Source: Candidatus Saccharimonadota bacterium
GTDB taxonomy: Archaea; Nanohalarchaeota; Nanosalinia; Nanosalinales; Nanosalinaceae
NCBI RefSeq assembly: GCF_047555085.1
Contig: NZ_CP180230.1
Coordinates: 630,001 to 662,000 of the forward strand
Length of the DNA: 32,000 bases
Direction of reading: 5' to 3'
In this document: positions 6,282-14,908 of the stretch, piece by piece
Numbering within the stretch: the first letter of the stretch is position 1
Layout: the number at the start of each line of letters is the position of its first letter
The notes under the pieces: model-generated
Database searches by the model: none
What the model saw: the letters and a program-made list of their open reading frames with translations, nothing else
Told to the model about the DNA's origin: nothing
Made by a program: the position numbers and the translations under genes

Positions 6282-8072
6282 ATGAGTACTGGAAAAAATT
6301 CGAAGGATTTTATTGTAGTGGTGGATCAGGAGAAGATTGAGCCTGACTTGGCGCGTGAGACTGTGATTAATTTTGATCCGTTGAATCGTGCCGGGAAGGA
6401 TGGCGGATTTTATTTGACTGATAACGGCGAGCTGCACATCGACGATGAGCACGTTATGGAGGCTCACAAGATGGCTATCAACAAGTATCCGTACGACGGA
6501 GCTATCCAGATGATCCAGTTGCCTTTCGAGGAAGGAGAACGTATCCACCAGTTCAGCGAGAACAGTTTCCGGCTCTACGGACTTCCGACACCTGAAGAAG
6601 GCCGTGTTGTAGGCCTTATCGGGGAAAACGGAATCGGAAAATCTGTATCCCTGAAAATTCTCAGCGGCCAGATAAAGCCGAATCTGGGAGACTACGAGAA
6701 TCCTCCTGAATGGCAGGATATACTTGAGGAGTACCGTGGAACAGGCCTTCAGAAACATTTCGAGAAACTGGCTGAAGACGAGATAGAGTCTGCGTACAAG
6801 CCTCAGCAGGTTGAAAGATTGCCGGATGTGTACGACGGTGTTGTACGTGAGCTTCTGGAAAAAGTTGATGAGAGAGGCCTTCTGGAGGAAGTAGCTGAGA
6901 ATCTGGATATAAAGCAGTTGCTTGACAGGGAGCTTGAGCATCTCTCCGGTGGAGAGCTTCAGAGAGTTGCGATTGCGTCTACAGTCCTTAAAGACGTGGA
7001 TATCTACATGATCGACGAGCCATCGTCTTTCCTCGACGTGAAGCAGCGTCTTAACGCAGGACGCGAGATACAGGCCTTGGGCGAGGAAAAATCTGTTATG
7101 GCTGTTGAACACGATCTGGCTACTCTTGACTTGATTTCCAGCGGTGTACATATCTTCTACGGGGAGCCGGGCGGATATGGAATGGTTTCCAACATGTTTT
7201 CAACTAAAGAGGGAATAAATCAGTATCTTGACGGCTATCTGCCTTCTGAGAATATCCGTTTCCGTTCAAACAGTATAGAGTTTGATCGTACAAAGCGTTC
7301 TCAGGTGGAGCGAAAGCCTGTAGTCTTCGAGTTCCCGGAATTCGAAAAGGATTTTGGGGATGGAGAGTTCCAGGTCGAGGTTGAAGGCGGCAAAGTCCAC
7401 GACGAGGAAATACTTGCAATTTTCGGGGAAAACGGACTTGGAAAAACAGTTTTCGCAAAAATGCTGGCCGGAGCGATAGAGGCCGATAAAGGAGAGTCCC
7501 CGGACGTGGATATAAGCTACAAGCCACAGTACCTGGAGGCCCAGGATGAAACAGTAGAACAGGCCCTGAGAAAACACGTTAACATAGACAGTAAAAGATT
7601 TGAGAACCGTATCGGTGAGCCTCTAGGCCTTGAAGAGCTTTACGAGAGAAATCTTGAGGATTTATCTGGAGGAGAGTTACAGAAAGTTGGAATAGCGATC
7701 TGTCTGTGTAAAGACGCCGATATCTATCTTCTGGACGAGCCTTCTGCCTACCTTGATGTAGAGGCCCGTGTAAATCTGGCGAAGATGCTGAAGAGATTTG
7801 CCAGAAAGACGGAGAAGCCGCTCATGATTATCGACCACGACCTCCTGCTTCTTGACTATGTAGCGGACCGTGGAATGGTATTCAGCGGGGAGCCAGGAGT
7901 GGAGGGGAAGGCCTCTGAACCGGAGAAGATTGGAGATGCTATGGATCGATTCCTGGAGGATGTAGGCCTGACTTTCCGTAAAGATCCTGATACAGGGAGG
8001 CCTCGTGCCAACAAGCCTGGAAGCCAGAAGGATCAGGAGCAGAGGCATGAAGGCGACTTCTACGAGAAGTAG
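6282..8072 (+). CDS. abce1: ABCE1 / RNase L inhibitor-type ribosome-recycling ABC ATPase, with cysteine-free N-terminal domain
   Basis: 596 aa with twin ABC cassettes. Walker A motifs are GENGIGKS and GENGLGKT. Signature motifs are LSGGELQRV and LSGGELQKV. Walker B motifs are IYMIDEPS and IYLLDEPS. An N-terminal domain of about 75 aa is positioned like the ABCE1 FeS domain. Confidence 0.95.
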   Translation: MSTGKNSKDFIVVVDQEKIEPDLARETVINFDPLNRAGKDGGFYLTDNGELHIDDEHVMEAHKMAINKYPYDGAIQMIQLPFEEGERIHQFSENSFRLYGLPTPEEGRVVGLIGENGIGKSVSLKILSGQIKPNLGDYENPPEWQDILEEYRGTGLQKHFEKLAEDEIESAYKPQQVERLPDVYDGVVRELLEKVDERGLLEEVAENLDIKQLLDRELEHLSGGELQRVAIASTVLKDVDIYMIDEPSSFLDVKQRLNAGREIQALGEEKSVMAVEHDLATLDLISSGVHIFYGEPGGYGMVSNMFSTKEGINQYLDGYLPSENIRFRSNSIEFDRTKRSQVERKPVVFEFPEFEKDFGDGEFQVEVEGGKVHDEEILAIFGENGLGKTVFAKMLAGAIEADKGESPDVDISYKPQYLEAQDETVEQALRKHVNIDSKRFENRIGEPLGLEELYERNLEDLSGGELQKVGIAICLCKDADIYLLDEPSAYLDVEARVNLAKMLKRFARKTEKPLMIIDHDLLLLDYVADRGMVFSGEPGVEGKASEPEKIGDAMDRFLEDVGLTFRKDPDTGRPRANKPGSQKDQEQRHEGDFYEK

Positions 8073-8113
8073 GGGAAAGATTAAAGATTCTGAAGAGGGA
8101 AATTTTTCCTGTA

Positions 8114-9058
8114 ATGAACTTCCTTTCAAACGATAAATGGACTTCTGAAGAAATACCGGATCTTGAAGGTAAAAAAGTGATTGTAACAGGAGCTAATTCA
8201 GGCCTTGGATTTGAGGCCTCGAAGATGTTCGCAGCTAACAACGCACACGTCGTTATGGCGTGCAGAAGCCTTGAGAAAGGGAGAAAAGCGAGAGAAGAGA
8301 TAGAAGAAGATGTCGAGGAGGCCTCTCTCGAGGTGCGGAAAATAGATCTTGCATCTCTGCAATCAGTGAAGGATTTCGCAGAGGCATATCGTGCGAACAA
8401 CAGTGAGCTACATATTCTATGTAACAACGCCGGTGTAATGGCTATTCCACGTGACGAGACTGAGGATGGTTTCGAGATGCAGTTCGGTGTCAATCATCTC
8501 GGACATTTCGCATTGACAGGGCATCTGATTGATATTTTGCGTGATACAGACGGTGAGACGCGTGTTGTAACTCAGAGCTCCGGTCTGCATGAGAACGGGA
8601 CTATGAACTTTGATGACTTGATGATGGAGGATGAATACAACAAGTGGGATGCCTATGCCCAGTCGAAACTGGCTAACGTACTTTTCGGGTACGAGCTGGA
8701 TAGAAAACTGGAGGATGAAGACGTTGAATCTGTTGTATGCCATCCTGGCTACGCTGCCACGGATCTGCAGTACCGAGGACCTATCGCTGAAGGATCGAAG
8801 ACGAGATACTTCCTTATGAAAGCTATGAATACTGTAGTTGCACAGAGTGCCAGAAAAGGTGCTCTCCCATTGATGTATGCTGCTACCTCTGAGGATGCTG
8901 AAGGAGGGATGTATATAGGGCCTGGAGGCCTCGCAAACATGAGAGGATATCCTGTCGAACAGAAATCCTCTGAAGAATCCTACAGCAAAGATGCGGCAAA
9001 GGCTCTCTGGACGCGTTCAGAGGCCTTGACAGATATAGAGTTCGAGATAGGTGAGTGA
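8114..9058 (+). CDS. Short-chain dehydrogenase/reductase (SDR) family oxidoreductase
   Basis: It has the TGANSGLG (TGxxxGxG) cofactor motif, NNAG and the catalytic YAQSK (YxxxK). Confidence 0.85.
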   Translation: MNFLSNDKWTSEEIPDLEGKKVIVTGANSGLGFEASKMFAANNAHVVMACRSLEKGRKAREEIEEDVEEASLEVRKIDLASLQSVKDFAEAYRANNSELHILCNNAGVMAIPRDETEDGFEMQFGVNHLGHFALTGHLIDILRDTDGETRVVTQSSGLHENGTMNFDDLMMEDEYNKWDAYAQSKLANVLFGYELDRKLEDEDVESVVCHPGYAATDLQYRGPIAEGSKTRYFLMKAMNTVVAQSARKGALPLMYAATSEDAEGGMYIGPGGLANMRGYPVEQKSSEESYSKDAAKALWTRSEALTDIEFEIGE

Positions 9059-9449
9059 TATGAGCGAGATCCCTGTAGCCAAGGTTCTGATACAGAAAGA
9101 CGACGAATTCCTTGCAGTGAAGGACAATGACGGCTACTGGGAGCTTCCGGGCGGGAAAATCGAGGAAGATGAAGATCGTTTCGAGGCCTCCAGAAGAGAA
9201 GTAAAAGAGGAAGTTAATCTGGAGATCGAAGGCCTTGAAGATGTCGTCCGTGTAGAGGTCGAAGACATGGACTGCGTTAACTGCTGGATTATGCATACAG
9301 AGAAGTTTTCAGGAGATATAGATATCTTTGAAGACGAGCTGCAGGACTGGAGATGGGTGACGTTTACAGAGTATCGTGATATGAACTGGCACGCTGATTC
9401 GGGATACGCTATCCCAGCCATGCGTTTTCTGGAGGATTATCTGGATTGA
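9051..9449 (+). CDS. Nudix hydrolase
   Basis: The Nudix box is GGKIEEDEDRFEASRREVKEEVNL. A GTG at 9051 overlaps the SDR stop by 8 nt. An alternative ATG at 9060 lies 2 nt after that stop. Confidence 0.8.
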   Translation: MSDMSEIPVAKVLIQKDDEFLAVKDNDGYWELPGGKIEEDEDRFEASRREVKEEVNLEIEGLEDVVRVEVEDMDCVNCWIMHTEKFSGDIDIFEDELQDWRWVTFTEYRDMNWHADSGYAIPAMRFLEDYLD

Positions 9450-9489
9450 AGCGGAAAGCTGTTAAACGTTGAAGCCCAAAAAGTACTGG

Positions 9490-10155
9490 ATGAGTGCTGA
9501 ATCAGAGCCTATCGAACAGATAGTAGATCAGTATCCGCACAGGACACAAGAATCAGTTGAAACAGATCTGGACTCAAAGGCAATTCTTTCAAGATACCTT
9601 GATCATCAGGGAGTCAACGAATACGATTTTATTGAGTCAGATCACCCTTTCTATGCTGCACTCGGACGAGTAAAAGATTCAGAAGGCCAGCTAGTCCTCA
9701 CAAGCCATTACACATATCCTGACGATACAGATTTCTCTCAAGACCATACAAGAGCATCGCTAACAGTGGAGAAAATCGATGCAGCGCTTGAAGAAAATGT
9801 TATAGATGAAAACAGTATACTGGAGGCTTCTGGAGCGGAGATAATCGACAGCAAAAAGGCATCAACACTTAACGAAGATGAATTAAGGCCTGAAACAGTA
9901 CACTGCGTTGTATTCTACGACAGGCCTGTAGTCAGCGCCATAGAGGATACTGAATATGAAAGCACAGTCCATAAACAGGCAGCAATGCAGTCACTCAGCG
10001 AGCCTTCTCTCGCTACAGCAATAATACACTCAGGCAGGAACTCTTCAGGAGATGATTTTGCAGCAGCACAGATCGACTACTGGACACGCACCATGGACGG
10101 CATTAACGGAGGCCTTGACTATACAGAGCTTAACTGGGAGAATCCCGGATTTTAA
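9490..10155 (+). CDS. Hypothetical acidic protein
   Basis: The long ORF opens at 9469 with TTG, and the first ATG is at 9490 (MSAESEPIEQ...). Composition is acidic like the neighbouring genes. No motif recognised. Confidence 0.55.
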   Translation: MSAESEPIEQIVDQYPHRTQESVETDLDSKAILSRYLDHQGVNEYDFIESDHPFYAALGRVKDSEGQLVLTSHYTYPDDTDFSQDHTRASLTVEKIDAALEENVIDENSILEASGAEIIDSKKASTLNEDELRPETVHCVVFYDRPVVSAIEDTEYESTVHKQAAMQSLSEPSLATAIIHSGRNSSGDDFAAAQIDYWTRTMDGINGGLDYTELNWENPGF

Positions 10156-10172
10156 TCTTCAAAGAAGAAAAA

Positions 10173-10331
10173 TTAGATGTTTTGCTGACTAACGTACTTC
10201 GAATGATCGATCGAAGGATGATTGTTCCTGAAATGCTTCTCCAGCTCTGAAACATAGTCCATTCTGGAGGCCTCCTCGATCATTTTTCCACACCTTTCAC
10301 AGGTGAATTTATAGCTCATCTGAACCACCAT
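10173..10331 (-). CDS. Small (52 aa) zinc-finger-like micro-protein, below the ORF-track cutoff
   Basis: Hand translation gives MVVQMSYKFTCERCGKMIEEASRMDYVSELEKHFRNNHPSIDHSKYVSQQNI*. CxxC plus HxxxxH gives a C2H2-like ligand set. An AT-rich spacer lies upstream. Confidence 0.35.
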   Translation of the reverse strand: MVVQMSYKFTCERCGKMIEEASRMDYVSELEKHFRNNHPSIDHSKYVSQQNI

Positions 10332-10564
10332 AGCACATAATTACATACTGAATCTTATAAGATTAATGAACGATTATACTACCTTGAAAAATCAAATAGA
10401 GGCCTTAAATCTCTTTTAATCAAATAAAGGCTCTCTAAAATTATTTAATCCTATTAAAAATACTTTTTCAGATGTAAAGTTTCTGGAAAAAATTCTGGAG
10501 GGATTAGACTAATGCAGAAATTGTATCGAGTATAGAGAAAGAGATAGAGGGAAAATTGATGGAA

Positions 10565-11284
10565 CTAATCTTTCAAGACAAATTCTATCCTCTCCACGTC
10601 CGCGCCTTTACTTTTCCTGTCGACTATCTCCAGACCTCCGAGTTCTCCCGTCGAATCAACGTGAGTACCCCCACACGGACAGATATCAATATCTCCTATC
10701 TCCACAGCCCTGAGAGGATCAATGTGATCAGGTATCAGGTCAAGATTTGTTCTTCCGTCCTCAGTCTCTTTTTCCAGTTCGCTACGAGGCCTCTCACTTT
10801 TCTCCAGTTCTATATCGGCTTCGATTATCTCATTTGAAAGCTCCTCGATTTTCTCCAGATCCTTTTCATCGAAATCTGCTGGCTCGAAATCTATCCGACT
10901 TGAGTCTTCTCCCACCTGATTTCCTGCTGTAGAGGCCTCGTACTCCTCAAGTACGACTTTCGACACGATGTGCTGGGCGGTATGCATCTTCATATGACTG
11001 TATCTGCGTTCCCAGTCGATCTCCCCCTCAATTTTTTCTCCTTCCTCAGGCAGCGGGCCTTCGAGGTAGTGGCGTATTTCTCCCTGTCTTTTCTGCACAT
11101 CAGTGACTGAGGCCTCTTTATCTTTCCAGAAAATTTTTCCGTAATCAGCGGGCTGGCCTCCTCCCTCCTTGTAGAAAAGCGTTTTATCCAGTACGATATA
11201 TGAGGCCTCTTCATCGACTTTTTCGACTTCTGCCTCGAAACTTTTCTGGTACTCGTTATCGGGGCAGTACAGCAGTTCTGTCAT
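10565..11284 (-). CDS. alaX: Alanyl-tRNA editing protein AlaX (AlaXM-type trans-editing domain)
   Basis: It has HTAQHIVS (HxxxH) and CPCGGTHV (CxxxH) zinc motifs of the Ala/Thr-RS second additional domain. 239 aa. Confidence 0.85.
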   Translation of the reverse strand: MTELLYCPDNEYQKSFEAEVEKVDEEASYIVLDKTLFYKEGGGQPADYGKIFWKDKEASVTDVQKRQGEIRHYLEGPLPEEGEKIEGEIDWERRYSHMKMHTAQHIVSKVVLEEYEASTAGNQVGEDSSRIDFEPADFDEKDLEKIEELSNEIIEADIELEKSERPRSELEKETEDGRTNLDLIPDHIDPLRAVEIGDIDICPCGGTHVDSTGELGGLEIVDRKSKGADVERIEFVLKD

Positions 11285-11402
11285 GGAAAAGTTTTCTCGA
11301 GTTGAGAATTTAAACAGTTACTGTACAACCGGGACGTGATACTGTGAGAAAAATATAATAGGAAAATATGTGGTAAAAAATTCTAAGACTTTTTTTGGCT
11401 GC

Positions 11403-11594
11403 TTACTTCTCTGTGACGTTTACTGCTTCGGGACCTCTGTCGCCTTCTTCGGTCTCGAATTCCACTTCTGTGCCTTCTTCTACCTCTTCACCTTCTAGGT
11501 TACTGACGTGGAAAAAGACGTCATCATCTTCTTCTTCAGCTTCGATGAATCCGTATCCTTTCTTGTCGTGGAAAAACGTTACTGTTCCTTCCAT
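11403..11594 (-). CDS. Cold-shock domain protein (CspA family)
   Basis: 63 aa. It reads [19 protein letters not shown]...DVFFHVSNL, giving RNP1-like KGYGFI and RNP2-like VFFH motifs. Confidence 0.9.
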   Translation of the reverse strand: MEGTVTFFHDKKGYGFIEAEEEDDDVFFHVSNLEGEEVEEGTEVEFETEEGDRGPEAVNVTEK

Positions 11595-11603
11595 ACTCTA
11601 AAA

Positions 11604-11610
11604 CACCTCC
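11604..11610 (-). promoter_or_regulatory. Shine-Dalgarno-like GGAGGTG upstream of csp
   Basis: The minus strand reads caaGGAGGTGttttagagtATG, with a 9-nt spacer. It is complementary to the conserved CCUCC at the 16S 3' end. Confidence 0.4.
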
Positions 11611-11735
11611 TTGTAATGAAGATTTACACACCAAGCCTTTTATAGTCGCCATCCGATCCGAGGAGAAAAATTCTCCAGAAAAACAGGGTTTTTCTCCAAG
11701 GTAGAGGCCTGTATTTCGCCCCGTTAAGCAAGAGG

Positions 11736-11749
11736 GTTTAAGAAATTTA
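11736..11749 (+). promoter_or_regulatory. TATA-like box for rps17e
   Basis: The sequence gtttaagaaattta is centred about 26 nt upstream of ATG 11768. Confidence 0.4.
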
Positions 11750-11767
11750 CCGGATAGTGTAGTCTTT

Positions 11768-11959
11768 ATGAGTAAGGTACGCCAGACATACATCAAAAGG
11801 CTTGCGAAAGATCTTGTTGACGCTGAACCAGAGAAGTTTTCAGAGGACTTTGACGAGAACAAGGAAGCACTTAAAGAGACAGACGAGTTCGAATCAAAGA
11901 AACTGAGAAACAGAGTAGCAGGATACATCGTCAGAGTCGTACAGAATAGTAAAGAGTAG
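11768..11959 (+). CDS. rps17e: 30S ribosomal protein eS17 (S17e)
   Basis: 63 aa. MSKVRQTYIKRLAKDLV...KLRNRVAGYIVR matches the eS17 N-terminal pattern (GxVRxxxxKRxA...LRNxIAGY). Confidence 0.85.
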   Translation: MSKVRQTYIKRLAKDLVDAEPEKFSEDFDENKEALKETDEFESKKLRNRVAGYIVRVVQNSKE

Positions 11960-13349
11960 AAAACATAAGCAAGACCGCCAGCTGCAGGAAACCTATACCT
12001 GGAACTGATGCGGTCGTTCTATCAGCATTTCTAACGAAGACTTCCATAGAGTTCTTTGAGTTGATCTCGAACTCTTCATTAACTGTTGTAACATTCAGTA
12101 TAAATTTTCCAGAGGCCTCTGGCTGGAAACGTATATCCAGTTCCTTCATCTCGCCAGGACTTAGTTCGTAGGCACAGTCCTGATCAAGACAGTTGCTGTT
12201 GATCTCATCGTTCAGGAATTCTGCGTTGAGGCCTTCAACTGTAGAAGTTAGAGACTTCACCTCGTCATGCGTATTGGATACGTGGTACCTGATTACCTGT
12301 GAAGTTCCTGTAGTGGTGACTACGGAATCATATCTGTGATTGAACGCTGTCTGCATCCTGACCTGTGATGAAACAATATTTCTGAAGTTGAAAGGCATTG
12401 AAACAGTTTCGTAGCCATCGGAGGCATCTATACGCCACTGATAATCCTGCAGGGAATCTATTCCCTCCCATTCACACTGAACTGTTCCTTGATCTAGAGT
12501 TCTTGTACATATTGTCTCTGGAGAGGCCTGTGAACTGTAAAATCTTACATCGATAGTTTCTCCATCGCTGTCGAGAAAGTTGGCCTGTAAAGTTACCTCG
12601 CTGCCTGATGTACGGCTGTCATCTTCAGGCCTGACATCGAAGATCTGTGGCTCGCTGTTCGGAACAGTGTTGTTAGCCGAGTTCTTCCCTACGTTGCTTA
12701 CTGTATCATCCAGCTTTACTGTGACGTTGACTTCCTCCAGAACGTTGAAACTGTCTTCACCTATACTTGAGTAAAAGCATCGGGCCTGTGTATCATCGCC
12801 GTAACTTGTCCGCAGCTCCATTTCCCTGTATATAGAGTTGCTGGAGGCCTCTGCCTCGATCCAGCATGTCTCCATATCATCTATACCTTCATCGTCGCTG
12901 ACGACTGCGGAGACGTTGAACTCATGCTGATCAGTATAGTTATGGAAGTTAGGGCCGTCCACTATCTCGGGAACCGCTGTCTGCACAAGAGTATCATCCA
13001 TCGAAGTGTTAGTGCCGTCGCTGTTCTCCGCCACGACTTCACATACCAGGCCCTGATCATAAGTGTAGTTGCCGGCATCAAGATACGAGTCAACTGTTGA
13101 ACCCGAAGGTATATCCTTGAAAGTCTGAGTGTAAACCTCTGCACCGCCTACACGCCAGTTAACGTAGATATCGCCGTTCTCATTTTCGCTGTCCTCATAG
13201 TAGGCCTGACAGAAAGCATCCTCAGTGCTGTAAACCGGATCCTCCAGAGACACACCCGGCTCGCTCGGCGGAGAGGCCTGTACAAAAGCTGCAGCTGACG
13301 TCAAAAACAGAAAAACTACTGCATACCTGAGGCCCGGGATCTCTGCCAC
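11931..13349 (-). CDS. Secreted/cell-surface acidic protein with N-terminal signal peptide and C-terminal TM anchor (PGF-CTERM-like)
   Basis: The N-terminus MAEIPGLRYAVVFLFLTSAAAFVQASPP looks like a signal peptide. The C-terminus is VPGIGFLQLAVLLMFSTLYYSVRL. There are many N-x-S/T sequons. The 3' end overlaps rps17e by 29 nt (convergent). Confidence 0.7.
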   Translation of the reverse strand: MAEIPGLRYAVVFLFLTSAAAFVQASPPSEPGVSLEDPVYSTEDAFCQAYYEDSENENGDIYVNWRVGGAEVYTQTFKDIPSGSTVDSYLDAGNYTYDQGLVCEVVAENSDGTNTSMDDTLVQTAVPEIVDGPNFHNYTDQHEFNVSAVVSDDEGIDDMETCWIEAEASSNSIYREMELRTSYGDDTQARCFYSSIGEDSFNVLEEVNVTVKLDDTVSNVGKNSANNTVPNSEPQIFDVRPEDDSRTSGSEVTLQANFLDSDGETIDVRFYSSQASPETICTRTLDQGTVQCEWEGIDSLQDYQWRIDASDGYETVSMPFNFRNIVSSQVRMQTAFNHRYDSVVTTTGTSQVIRYHVSNTHDEVKSLTSTVEGLNAEFLNDEINSNCLDQDCAYELSPGEMKELDIRFQPEASGKFILNVTTVNEEFEINSKNSMEVFVRNADRTTASVPGIGFLQLAVLLMFSTLYYSVRL

Positions 13350-13444
13350 AGTAGAGTTTTTCGGGAAATTAGTAGAAAAAGGTGTCGGAGCTTCAGCAGG
13401 CCTGAAAAATCCTTCATATAAATCTTCAATCCAAAAACAGTGAT

Positions 13445-14215
13445 ATGGAAATCAATAATTACAGGAACTTCTTCTTCGACCTAGACAAGACAATCTGGAA
13501 CTGGGATAAATCAGTTACAGGAGCAGAAGATCTTATAGACACCTTGAAAGATGCAGGAAAGAACGTGTACTTCCACACAGATAACACACTGCTTTCAAGG
13601 AAGGCCTACGCCGATAAACTTTCCTCAATGGGGATTCCTGCTGAAGAAGAGGACGTGATTACTTCTGGATATGTTGCAGCGGAAGTTCTGGCTATGAACA
13701 ATACCAGAAAAGTCTACGCAGCCGGCGAACAGGGCCTGGTAGAGGAACTAGGGAAGAAAAACATCGAGATCACTGAAGAGGCCTCTACAGCAGTTATGGG
13801 GCTTGACAGGAACTTCAACTACGACAAAATTTCCAAATTAAAAGAGATAATCGAAAGAGACGGCACAGTCTACACATGCAGTACAGAGAAAACTTTCAGA
13901 CGTGAATCCAAGGAACTGCCGCATCAGAGGCCTTTCAACTCTGCTGTAAAGGAGTACGGAAAAGTTGAGCTCGTAGGCAAGCCAACTGAAAAATACAGGA
14001 AAGTTTTCAAGGATTACTTCGACTACTTCCCCGGCAAATCACTTTTCATCGGCGATCGTCTCGCAGACATCGAGACAGGTAACAAGCTCGGGATGAAGAC
14101 CGCAGCAGTCCTCTCCGGCGACATCAGTGAGAAAAAACTGAAGAAAGCTGAAGACGAACAGGTACCGGACTACGTCCTGACAGGCCTCCACAAGCTACGC
14201 AGAAGAATAATATAG
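13445..14215 (+). CDS. HAD-superfamily phosphatase (subfamily IIA, NagD-like)
   Basis: Motif I is FFFDLDKT, there is a GKP motif, and motif IV is IGDRLADIETGNKLGMKTAAVLSG. Confidence 0.75.
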   Translation: MEINNYRNFFFDLDKTIWNWDKSVTGAEDLIDTLKDAGKNVYFHTDNTLLSRKAYADKLSSMGIPAEEEDVITSGYVAAEVLAMNNTRKVYAAGEQGLVEELGKKNIEITEEASTAVMGLDRNFNYDKISKLKEIIERDGTVYTCSTEKTFRRESKELPHQRPFNSAVKEYGKVELVGKPTEKYRKVFKDYFDYFPGKSLFIGDRLADIETGNKLGMKTAAVLSGDISEKKLKKAEDEQVPDYVLTGLHKLRRRII

Positions 14216-14252
14216 AGAAAAAGCGGGAAAAGGCCTCGAACAAAGAAATTTT

Positions 14253-14828
14253 TCACAGTTCTTTTTCTTCTTCCAGCCAGTCCAGAAACTTTTTCACAGC
14301 CCTGTTCCTGTGGAACTCTCCGTCCTTCAAGTTCTGATCCTGTGCCAGGGATTCTTCCTCTCCTTCAGGTATGAAGTAGCTGTTGTACGGTAGATGTGGA
14401 TGTGATTCTCCTGTCTTCTCTTCAGGTACTCTGCCCTCCATTTTCCCTGTGAAAACTTTCACTTCCCCGTCTTCTATAACTGCTATAGCTGTCTTGAAGT
14501 AGGCCTTTCTGTTTTCCTCGCCGCGCATCAGATCAAGTAATTTTTCCGCTCCTGCAGTATCTGCGAAGAAAGCTGCCTCGGCACCGGGAAATCCTCCGAT
14601 CGCCTCCACGTAGAATCCGGTATCCTCAACGATAAGAAGCTCATCTTCGAGTTCAGAGGCCTCCAGCGAATCCCTGGCCTTCTGCTCCGCAACATTTTCG
14701 ACATCCATCGCATCGATCTCAGGGACATCGACATCCACCTGTACAAGTTCAAGGCCTCTCTCCTCAAACTTCGGCTCCATCTCCGCCAGTTTCCCTTCGT
14801 TACTTGTAGCAAAAAATACTTTCTCCAT
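14253..14828 (-). CDS. Non-canonical purine NTP pyrophosphatase (Ham1/RdgB/ITPase family)
   Basis: It has FFATSNEGKLAEM at the N-terminus, plus EDTGFYVEA...GFPG and a C-terminal HRNRA. Confidence 0.85.
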   Translation of the reverse strand: MEKVFFATSNEGKLAEMEPKFEERGLELVQVDVDVPEIDAMDVENVAEQKARDSLEASELEDELLIVEDTGFYVEAIGGFPGAEAAFFADTAGAEKLLDLMRGEENRKAYFKTAIAVIEDGEVKVFTGKMEGRVPEEKTGESHPHLPYNSYFIPEGEEESLAQDQNLKDGEFHRNRAVKKFLDWLEEEKEL

Positions 14829-14908
14829 AGAAAATCTCTGAGGCCTCGAGTTTTGTTAACCTTTCGTTCAAGGGAAACGGTAAAAACAAAGCGCAAGAAA
14901 CACTGTAC

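Noticed and set aside
6252-7151. 299-aa minus-strand ORF antisense to abce1
   Set aside because: It lies entirely inside the strongly supported ABCE1 CDS. Its composition is basic and Leu/Arg-rich, unlike the acidic proteome. It is a typical shadow ORF. The same reasoning applies to 7204..7577, 7677..8129 and 7939..8493.
10332-10564. AT-rich 233-bp spacer as a possible replication origin
   Set aside because: There is no cdc6/orc1 gene nearby and no recognisable ORB-like repeated elements. It is more likely the promoter region of the small zinc-finger ORF plus the alaX terminator.
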